In this document: positions 23,301 to 31,432 of the stretch, piece after piece
How positions within the stretch are numbered: position 1 is the stretch's first letter
Layout: every line of letters begins with the position of its first letter
Origin: Podarcis muralis
Taxonomy: Eukaryota
Reading direction: 5' to 3'
Assembly: GCF_964188315.1 (NCBI RefSeq)
Contig: NC_135657.1
Location: 78,182,001 to 78,246,000, forward strand
Length of the DNA stretch: 64,000 nt
The notes under the pieces: model-generated
Databases searched by the model: none
What the model saw: the letters and a program-made list of their open reading frames with translations, nothing else
Told to the model about the DNA's origin: nothing
Program-made: the position numbers and the translations under genes

Positions 23301-24835
23301 ACAGAAGAGTTGGGGAAGACATACAGGTGGGTGACTGGGTCTGGCTAGCAGCGCAAGCAGTGCCGACCAGATCATTAGCTAAGAAGAAGCTAGGACATAA
23401 GCAGCTAGGACCTTACCAAGTCCAGGCGCAGGTCAATCCAGTGGCCTTCCGGTTGGCTCTTCCGGAGGGTTCCAGAATGCATCCGGTGTTCCATAGATCG
23501 GTGCTCACGCCCTACAAAGCACCTCATAGGTTTCAGGAGCCAGACACCGCACCTGACCAGAGCAGTGAAGGGCCCAGAGTGCGGGGGCCGCCTAGGAAGG
23601 GACACATCAATGAGGTCACAGAGATTTTGGACTCCAGATGGGGGGAAGAGGGAGTAGAATATTTCCTAGCCAGAGAGGGTACCCCGGCCAGTGCCAACAG
23701 CTGGGTACCGGACTATGCCTTGGAGGAACCGCTGCTCAAAGAGGAGTTTCATGCCCTCTTCCCGCACAGGCCCATGCCAGCAGAGTATTTCGATGACTGG
23801 CTTTTCACACCCACTCTTTCAGCCAGCACATTCCTGGGGTTCGACTCGGACGAGGAACAGGCACCAGTCCCCAGCTCTCAGGTGGGTTCGCCACCGGGGT
23901 CTGCCTCAGACCACTCGTATTGGTGGGACGATCAACCAGAGGAGCAGTGGCGCAGGAAGTGGCTGAGGGGTCCTTGGATGGGACCACCCGAAGAGGGGGA
24001 GAGGGGCGAGACGGACATGGACGTGTTGGGGGACAACGTGGGGTTCGAGCATGAAGACAGAGAGATGGAAGCAGAGGAGAGCGACGTTGACGAGTACATG
24101 GGGGATGAACTGTATCCGGCAAGCACCCCCGCGACGACGGAGCACCCAGTACCCGCACCGGAAGGAGGGGAGGGGGGAAGGGGGGGCTTCGAGGGGGGGA
24201 TGGATGTCAGGGGTTCAGGAGCAGAGGGACAGGAGAGGGAGGAAGTAGAGACCGAGGGAGAGGAATCTGAGGGAGAAGTCAGCGAGGGTAGCCATCCGAG
24301 GTCTCTAAGTTTCTCCAGTGAATCAGAGGATTCACAGAAAGGGGCCCCAGTGGTCAGAGCCAGGGGGTTGCCAGAGGGAACACCCCAGGAAGGAGGGGCC
24401 AGAGGGGATTCAGAGAGCAGCAGCTGGAAATCGGGACCAACTTTCCCACCGGAGAGCAGTAAGGGGGAGGAGTCCCAAACATCGGCAGCAGGCAGCCTTC
24501 CGTCAGCGGAAGGACATGAGTCAGGGTTAGCCACGCCTGCATCAGAGAGCGAGGTAACGGTCAAAAGGAAGGTCAGGGGCAGCGCGCGCGCGCCAAGTTC
24601 AAATGTACAGGAGGGGGGCGCAATGGGCAGTCCGGAGAGAGAGCCGGGTCCCAAAGCCCGCCGGAGAGAAGGGGAGGAGTCCGAAGGGTCCGCTTCCGAG
24701 GCATCCCGGAAAGAAGGCACCCAGGGGGGTAGTAGGACCCAGAGGAGGAAGGAGAAACGTAGAAGGTGGAGTAAGGCTAGAGTCTTAAGCTGGTGTACAG
24801 GGGGCGGAGACTCAGACGAGGCTTCGCTGGTCTAG
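20303..24835 (+). CDS. pol: Pol (protease, RT, RNase H, integrase, chromodomain, long C-terminal tail), expressed as a Gag-Pol fusion of about 1850 aa by -1 frameshift
   Basis: ORF 20225-24835 is stop-free. PR DSG 20480-20488; RT FLDD 21428-21439; RH TDAS about 21875; IN HHCC 22496-22618; D22706, D22886, E22994 (D,D35E); GPY 23408-23416; chromodomain about 23606-23764. Confidence 0.97.
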   Translation, partial: GKRPGLAGRGGTGAQPDESVRKSPEILQPTDPLPPKPVVQLTASLQLPNGLTLEVPITIDSGSNADFIGLEFIQQHNVALLPATLPLKVVTVDGRELLGGQVVQQTPPMVMQIGNHREVISFNVTQLSDTPIVLGMSWLHRHSPALAWYQRHLTFGSSYCAEHCIIPSPEGEEEDPQLQLGTLQAVPHKYAEFLEVFCEKEADKLPPHRPYDCKIDLLPGATLPTGKLYSMSEDELQELREFIDHNLKRGFIRESKAVGGSPVFFVKKRDTPQKRLVVDFRILNSKTKPSAFPMPKIDDLLATVRKGRVFTKLDLRGAYNLIRMRDGDEWKTAMFTPLGTYEYRVMPFGLQNGSHTFQAFMHHVLAGLLYKKCVCFLDDILIFSESREAHERDVREVLQRLKEHRLYAKLEKCQFDVTGVDFLGYKLSDKGLAMDSAKVRAVLDWKSPRNRKEVQRFVGFANFYRKFIKGFAMQTAAITDTLSSKKKKFIWTEQAEQSFQKLKRLFASEEQLLHVNPSRPMRVETDASDRAVGAVLLQQDQQGDWRPCAFYSRKLSKSEQNYTIWDRELLAIHAAFKAWRHFLIGATHTVQVHTDHKNLEYWRTARFLNQRHIRWAEFFADFDFKIEYIPGDNNVMADALSRKPQYLEEAAPSAAKHIFAPEAWACASATVDLDAVRRALREDPFARAKMEEVHRGTARADEFQIRDGLLLHKGALYVPGDDLRARVLQQLHDAPTAGHFGKEKTVELVARDFWWPKMRGEVADYVSRCDTCQRAKSVHRPPAGLLEPLQTPSEPWERVALDFVTDLPSSRGKTAVLVVVDMFTKMAHFIPCAKVATAEQTAKLFIDHVFKVHGLPRSILSDRGRQFISNFWQKLMGILNVKVNLASARHPQTNGQAERVNAVMQQYLRCYANQQPTTWVDYLPLAEFAYNNTKHVSTGVTPFFANNGRHPRTFPGLERVGEGEPQAAEALASELQEVHEQLRRQLELAKHAYKVQADRHRRVGEDIQVGDWVWLAAQAVPTRSLAKKKLGHKQLGPYQVQAQVNPVAFRLALPEGSRMHPVFHRSVLTPYKAPHRFQEPDTAPDQSSEGPRVRGPPRKGHINEVTEILDSRWGEEGVEYFLAREGTPASANSWVPDYALEEPLLKEEFHALFPHRPMPAEYFDDWLFTPTLSASTFLGFDSDEEQAPVPSSQVGSPPGSASDHSYWWDDQPEEQWRRKWLRGPWMGPPEEGERGETDMDVLGDNVGFEHEDREMEAEESDVDEYMGDELYPASTPATTEHPVPAPEGGEGGRGGFEGGMDVRGSGAEGQEREEVETEGEESEGEVSEGSHPRSLSFSSESEDSQKGAPVVRARGLPEGTPQEGGARGDSESSSWKSGPTFPPESSKGEESQTSAAGSLPSAEGHESGLATPASESEVTVKRKVRGSARAPSSNVQEGGAMGSPEREPGPKARRREGEESEGSASEASRKEGTQGGSRTQRRKEKRRRWSKARVLSWCTGGGDSDEASLV
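24161..24204 (+). promoter_or_regulatory. Polypurine tract, lying inside the pol ORF
   Basis: gaaggaggggaggggggaagggggggcttcgagggggggatgga abuts the 3' LTR. Confidence 0.85.
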
Positions 24836-24961
24836 GGTTTAGACGTAGAGACGCACGCTAGTGTTTGGAAATGGAAACTAAATGCCAATAAAGACTTCTG
24901 TACAGTTCTAATGGCTAGCGTTGGTCTTCTGTGAGCTGAGACCGGGAGGCAGTCTCTGACA
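24205..24961 (+). repeat. 3' LTR (757 bp)
   Basis: Direct repeat of 18418-19174 at offset 5787; preceded by a polypurine tract, followed by TSD GATAT. Confidence 0.98.
24887..24892 (+). terminator. LTR polyadenylation signal AATAAA (5' LTR copy at 19100-19105)
   Basis: Hexamer about 70 nt from the LTR end, downstream of the pol stop codon. Confidence 0.8.
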
Positions 24962-24980
24962 GATATGAACTTACAGAAGC

Positions 24981-25324
24981 CAGGGACGCGGACTTATAAA
25001 AAATATTGGGGGGGCCCGGGAAAGCTCATGAATAATAAATAAGCTCATGAATATGCAAATAAAGTGGCGCCGCCTCCTCGTGAGTGAATAGGGGAGAGCG
25101 CTGCGCCTATTAATCAGCTCCAAAGGAAATTGGGTGGAGCTTTTGCTCGGGAGGGAGGGCAGGAGGCATGCAGCCCGCCCCTCCCTGTGCATTTTGGGCT
25201 GGGAGAGGGGCGGCGATGGCGCTCTGCTGGAGGGGCGCCGGAGATTATTGGGGGGCGGAGCCCCCCCAAATGAATTTTTGAGGGGGCTCGGGCCCCCTCA
25301 AGCCCCATTGGGTCGGCGCCTATG
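24981..25324. mobile_element. hAT MITE (344 bp)
   Basis: Perfect 8-bp TSD ACAGAAGC (24973-24980, 25325-25332); imperfect TIR CAGGGACGCGGAC vs CATAGGCGCCGAC (9/13). Confidence 0.85.
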
Positions 25325-26884
25325 ACAGAAGCTATCAGCTGTGCTGCTTGTTCCATAAAGTTGTACTAATGTTTGAAGTGACTAAATGGGTCTGAGCCAT
25401 TACTCAGAAGCAACAGGATAATAGGGTATTGACAGCAGCATTCATTAATTTGATTTCTTACTGAACACTATGAGTGGACATGCTACAGTAGTTGGATCCT
25501 CATTTCAGATGCCTGTACATATTGATAGGAAATAAAGGGAAAATTACAGCACTGAGCATTGCCGCAATGCAGGAGATGAGCTAATGGAACATCACTGGGC
25601 AGGCATCTCAAGCAAGTTGATTGCAAAAGAAGAGAAGCCAGCTTGTTGTCAGCTCCAGAAGGGTGCAACCTCCCCCCCCCCCCCCCAGTGACTGTGATCA
25701 AGACAGTGACGAGCCACTTCACTGAAGCTTGAATGCTAAGACTTGGGTTTGCCCTCCCACACACTTTGGGTGGGCAGACAAACCACAGACTGTCATTTGC
25801 AGAGTCAAAAAGCACTGGGTACAGCATTTAATTACTGTGTTAACACTTGGGAATGCTTTCTGTGCCAAGAGCCAGTTGCGGAGGGTTGGTGGTACTCGGC
25901 TGTCCTTTCACTACAGCATAATAACAGGATAAACCTGCACCTGGGGTTGAAGCTATGCAAGTGAGAGTGCAGGGATGTGTTACCAAACGTCATTCCCTAT
26001 GACAAAGCAAAGGTGCAGGTTTTTTGCCTTACTTGTCCTATTGTTCCTTTGCTCTCCTTGGAAAAATGTTGTTCTTGGTAGTTCTGTGTGGCAACAGTAA
26101 AGGATTTTCACAGTCTGAGCTTGGGTGACCAGGCCTTCTGTTCTTTTTAACACTTCTGTGGAAGGGAATTTTATTACCCTTGTTGCTTCACAAACCTCAA
26201 ATCTCTCTTTTACACAACTCTGCTCATTAGAATGCCTGTAGGGCAGCCTCTTCTTGGCCACCAAGATATTATTTGGACTATATCTCCTTCATCTTTGACC
26301 ATTGACTATGCTGGTGATGATCTCAGGACTCAAGGTTGTGGGAGGCTGAAGGCTGCTGTAGGAGGCTTTGTAGCCTAAGGTGAAGGACAAGATGGCGCCC
26401 TTCACCAGTACACATACAGAAGCTGACTGGACTGGTAGATGAGACTCACTTTGACACAAGCATCCTTCCATACTTTAAGGGGTACAGTGCATGCTGTGAG
26501 GCACACACAGTTTTGTCTTCCTGCAGAGGGGAATGGCTGGAGCAACAGCCAGGAGAGCTGCCACTGCTGCCCTTCAACATCTGCCACCTGAGGTGGCTGC
26601 CTAATGATAGGGTGAGTCCAGTGTGGAGGTTTCCATGTATGGAGCTGTACATTTGGTAATGAACCCTACTATTGCAGCTGTATGAGCAACATGCATCCAT
26701 AGCTAATGTAATTTGTAGATAGTGCTTGCTCCCACCCCATCCTGCCCTGCAAACACACACCTAATCAGGCACATATCAAGTATTTGGAATGCTCAAAAAG
26801 GACTATTAGCACTAAATCATTTGGATACTTAAGTTCTCAGTAAGTATATTTTACATAGCAAATCTGGGGGTTTTCCCATTAGGA

Positions 26885-28109
26885 CAGTGTTTCCCAACCG
26901 GTGTTCCACGGCACACTAGTGTGCCGCGAGACGTTGCCTGGTGTGCCGTGGGAGGGAGGCGGGCGAGTCGGGCGGCGAGAGGCGGGGCGGCGAGGATCCG
27001 CGTCAAGCCAGGGGCGGCTCCGCGGTGGTGGTGCCGAGGTTTCTCTCTCCATTCTCCCCTCACACACACACACAGGAAATAACACAGGATCAGCTGACAG
27101 GACCCGGCCAATGGGGCGGCGGCGGGGCAGCGCGCGCAAAAGGGAGGAGCGCGAGGCGGCGGCGGCGCAGGGCGGGAGGGCGGCGCATTGCGCGTGCTCA
27201 AACCCGCCCTCCGAGGCGCAGAGGGGAGCTGTGCAAGCGCCTTCTTCAACCACGCGCTCATTTAAAGAGGCAGCGCCCGGGCGGAACAGAACTCTGTGCC
27301 TCTCGCCTAGGGATGAAGGCGGGCACCGGCTTAAGCCAGTAGTAGCCTAATAATGCATTAACTTCCGTGGGACTTCCAAGTAAACACAGTAGCCCAGCGC
27401 CTCCCTCCCCAAAAGGAGGGGGAATTACAGCAGCGCAGGCGACTCCTGCGTCTCCCCGATATTTAAGGCTGCCATCCCTCGTGCAGACTTACGCGGGAGC
27501 AAAACCCCGTGAACAAACTAGGGCTTACTCCAGAGTAAATACGGGTAGGATCTGGCTGCAGTTGTACAAGAAGAAGCAATTGATAACGTTTTCGCGCCTT
27601 CGGGATTGCCTTCACGCCTTCCTCCTCCCGGGTCCTTGAGAGCGCGGGAAGCGGCAGCGCGAAACCGGCGTTGAGCCTGGTAGGTATTGCGCTTGCCAAG
27701 GCAGTCATTTGGGAAATGAAAACTTGCAAAGCAAGCAACCAGTTCAATCTGAAGTACGTGTATGCTTAATATCCTGTATCTGAAACCTGTTCTGCCCCCT
27801 CCCCCACACTTGGTGCCATTTTCATCTACACATGCAGCAGAGTAAGTTGACCCAGAATAGTACCAATTCAGATGGGAGAATGACAGTGCTGAATGCTTTC
27901 CCATGTAGAACAGTCCCTGCAAATAAAAACCTAGCATATTTGGAAGAGGGATGCTAGCCTAACCATTACCTTCTATGCTGTTACTATTTTTTTATTATTT
28001 TTTTTACATAAGTAAAAAGTGACCTTTCCCCATCTGGCATGGTGGTGTGCCTCGAGATTTTTTTCATGAAACAAGTGTGCCTTTGCCCAAAAAAGGTTGG
28101 GAAACACTG
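26885..28109. mobile_element. Non-autonomous hAT DNA transposon (1225 bp) with GC-rich interior
   Basis: Perfect 15-bp TIR CAGTGTTTCCCAACC / GGTTGGGAAACACTG; perfect 8-bp TSD CATTAGGA (26877-26884, 28110-28117); GTGTGCC subterminal repeats; no transposase ORF. Confidence 0.92.
26920..27700 (+). promoter_or_regulatory. CpG-island / promoter-like segment inside the hAT element
   Basis: Dense CpG; CCAAT 27108-27112 followed by GGGGCGG; NRF1-like GCGCATTGCGC 27183-27193; TTTAAA 27261; donor-like CTG|GTAGGT at 27680. Confidence 0.55.
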
Positions 28110-29632
28110 CATTAGGAGACCTGCTAGTGACTGAAGGAAGGTTTCTAAAGCCAGAGACAGCTGCTGTGTTCCTGACTAAGCAAAATGGATGTACAATCAA
28201 CAATGAGCTTACTCCTGCATTTTTGAGTCAGACTTGCACTTTCCTTTATGTCATCTGAAACATGTACATAAAAGTAATTGGAATCTAACCTTTTGTCAGT
28301 GGTGGGAATAAAAAAATATGCAATTCAACAGCGTCTCTTCACTCAGCACTTCTTCTTGATTACCTTGCAGATGTTCCTGTCTGGTGTTGATGTGTGAGAG
28401 AGGCAGGGTAAGCAGTGTAAGCCACACACATAGGGTTCCTTGGTTGGATTATTTCTGCCATTTCCTTCCTGGCTAGGAAAACTGTATATACACGTAAACA
28501 CATAATTGCCAGGGAAGGGGTCGCTTTCCTGAGTTCTCCCTCTAAGCTACTAATCAATCACACACAGGAACCAAACCTGTTACCAGGCTTTGGTTACCAC
28601 CTGCCTGAGGGGCCACACCCAGCGATACTTGCTCACAGGATCAGTACTTCATGACAATAATATTCTCCTAGTTAAATTCCTGCCCTCTGACCACACAGTG
28701 CATATATGCCATTCTTCATCTTCTTTTGAATACACCAAGACATCACATTGAGAACAGCCATTTCTTCTTTCATTTTAAACTCTGCACAATGAAGGGGAAA
28801 ATGTGAGTGCTGATATAAATTATTTCACGCGGTTAGAATGTTCTTAGTTAGGCAGTCAGATAACATCATCATCAATATCATCATGTTTATGTTGCGTTTC
28901 CAAAGTATTCCACGTGGTGTGTGTTGTTTTTAAAATCTATGTTTATTTTTGTATTCCATCCCATAACATAAAGGTATTGGGGTGGCTTACAACAAATAAA
29001 TGAAATATAATTTTAATATAAATTAAAGATAAAACCATAAAATTAAACACTGCTTCTCACTTTCAGTCAAAAGTTACCTCAGTAAACCTTACCCTGCCCC
29101 CAAGAAAAACAACTTAAAACAACTTATGAGGTGAGCCACTATCATATCATACAGGAGTTTGGGTGGTGAGTAGGAACTTGAGAAGAAAGTGGCTTAATTA
29201 AGGCAGACACAGTAGCTTTGGGTACTTCAAGATGCACGGCTTGAACTCAAACAGGTCATTCAAATCTGGTGGGGGGGTTTTCATAGCATGTTTGGCACTT
29301 TAGCTTCCACGCATTCCTGCTTTCCCAGTCATTGATAATCATTGGTATTCAACTCACTCACCACCCATTCCATTGGAAAGAAGGGGCTTTGGTTGGGAGG
29401 AGGGGAGTTGTCCCTCCTTTCAGTCATGTCTCCTCCACTTGCCACCAAATTATTCCATTCAGGACATGCGTACAACTATCTCTGTGTGCACGCCTTAAAG
29501 TAATTTTAAAATCCTAGGATTTGTGAAAGGGCAAACGTTTACCCGCCTTACTTATCAGGTTTCACAATGGACAAAAATGGAAGCTTATGCTGTTTTGGTG
29601 CTGGGGTGGGCAGCATCCCTTTCCATTTAGAT

Positions 29633-29770
29633 CAGTGGTGACCAAACTCGGCCCTCTAGATGTTTTTTGAGACTACAATTCCCATCATCCCTAGCTAACA
29701 GAACCAGTGGTCAGGAATGATGGGACTTGTAGTCCCAAAACATCTGGAGGGCCGAGTTTGACCATCACTG
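29633..29770. mobile_element. hAT MITE (foldback, ctacaattcccatcatccc family)
   Basis: CAGTGGTG...CATCACTG ends, long internal inverted repeat, perfect 8-bp TSD ATTTAGAT. Confidence 0.9.
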
Positions 29771-31190
29771 ATTTAGATGATGTGTGCTTTTTTAAAATAG
29801 TGAGATCTTGTGCAAGAGTGATGTTTACCTGACTAAGGGATACACAAGAATGATTAAGACTTCTTGCACAATCACTCTGTATTAACTGATTCACTACCAA
29901 CTCTTAATAGCCACTATACCACACCTGAAGAATGTTTTGTAAATAATTAATCTAGCATCAAACAATAGAAACTCTCTCATCTCTCAATTTACCAGAAAGG
30001 GATTGCTTTCAGGCCCAACTTTACCATTAGGCAGAGTGTGGCAGCCATTTCCCGCAGCAGATTTTGGGAGTTCTGAAAGGGCAGTAAATTGTTACTTATT
30101 TAATTATGATTGTAAGCTATACTTCAGAGGGGAAACACTTGTGGGATTTTCTGCCTGGAGTGCCAAAGTAATTTGGCCAGCCTTGCATCCTGTACACCTT
30201 ACCTTGGGGGGAAATGGATGCTATTTGGTGCTATGCCTCAGAAGGAAACATGTCTTGGGTTTGGCCTGTTTTCTTTCCCTGGAAGTTATAAATACATTTT
30301 AGAGACTTCAGTGTCACTCCTTTCGTTTAAAACCTACATGCCTCACACTTCAGCTTCTCCAAAATGGTTGTGAAATTTATTCATGCATGAACCAGCAGCT
30401 GAATTTCTGTCATGTAATGTTCATGTATTCTATCATTTCCTTTACTTTCCTACAGAGGTTTCTTTTTCCCTGTCTCAGCTACAACTGTTAAAGCTACTTG
30501 CATTCTGCAGTGTTATTGGAACACCAGATTCTCTCTCTTTCATTTAAGGGCAAAGGAAGAGAAAAAAGCAAAGTGGGGAGTTTGTGTCCCTTGGTATTTT
30601 AGTCCGTACGCTAATAATTGTATCAGCAGGTTTATAAGCTGATGTTCTTTTAATTGTTTCACCCTCTCTCCTCATATGCATACGCTAATGGGCCCACTAC
30701 CTCTTATCCTTTCATATTTTTTTAATTGCTAATGGTTTATCCAGTAATATAAAATGACTGATGGCCACAGTCTGAAAAATATAGAAAAATCAATATGCAT
30801 CCAGACTCCATCTGTATAAGTAGAGAAGACAAGGAGCTGGCTTTGCAAGACAAAAGAAATCCTTTCATGGTTCTGCCGAAGTGTGCTAAAATACTGACCA
30901 ATTCCCACAGCTTAGAGAATGAAGGCATGGCAAAACAACATGGGCCGTGAGCACTCCCTTGTGCTCCAAGTAAGAGGCAAAGCCACTTCTTAGAGAGCAG
31001 GAGCAGAAGAGATCCATTTGCAATGATGCTCCTTGCCTTCTTATAGTCACCTGCTGGCCACCATGTGAAACAGGAATCTGGAGTAGATGGGCTTCTAGAT
31101 AGGGTCTGTTTATTTTCTTGTGTTTAAATCACACGGGCCTATGCAGGTCCACCCATATTTGCAATTCAACCTAATCAGCAAAATACGGTA

Positions 31191-31432
31191 CAGTGGTACT
31201 TCGGGTTAAGTACTTAATTCGTTCCGGAGGTCCGTTCTTAACCTGAAACTGTTCTTAACCTGAAGCACCACTTTAGCTAATGGGGCTTCCTGCTACCGCC
31301 GCGCTGCCGGAGCCCGATTTCTGTTCTTATCCTGAAGCAAAGTTCTTAACCTGAAGCACTATTTCTGGGTTAGCGGAGTATGTAACCTGAAGCGTATGCA
31401 ACCTGAAGCGTATGTAAACCGAGGTACCACTG
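31191..31432 (+). mobile_element. Tigger/pogo-type MITE
   Basis: CAGTGGTAC...GTACCACTG TIRs, TA TSD, internal taacctgaagc repeats. Confidence 0.92.

Larger units (their letters stand above)
18418..24961 (+). mobile_element. Full-length intact Ty3/Gypsy LTR retrotransposon (chromovirus, Tf1/sushi-like)
   Basis: Two 757-bp direct repeats with TGTCA...TGACA termini; perfect 5-bp TSD GATAT at 18413-18417 and 24962-24966; uninterrupted gag and pol ORFs in PR-RT-RH-IN-chromodomain order. Confidence 0.98.

Noticed and set aside
23932-24720. 262-aa antisense ORF over the pol tail and LTR (also 18250-18933), reminiscent of HIV ASP or HTLV HBZ
   Set aside because: It lies in the antisense frame sharing third codon positions with pol; stops there need Tyr, or His/Gln after T, which are rare in the E/G/S-rich tail. 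Composition explains it and no domain is recognisable.
26527-26611. Exon-like segment with good acceptor and donor; similar isolated candidates near 47270-47430, 55596-55655, 56449-56497 and 63105-63250
   Set aside because: No recognisable protein and no consistent strand or phase chain; could be lncRNA exons or chance
26851-27350. Overlapping Arg/Gly/Ala/Pro-rich ORFs on both strands
   Set aside because: By-products of the CpG-rich hAT interior
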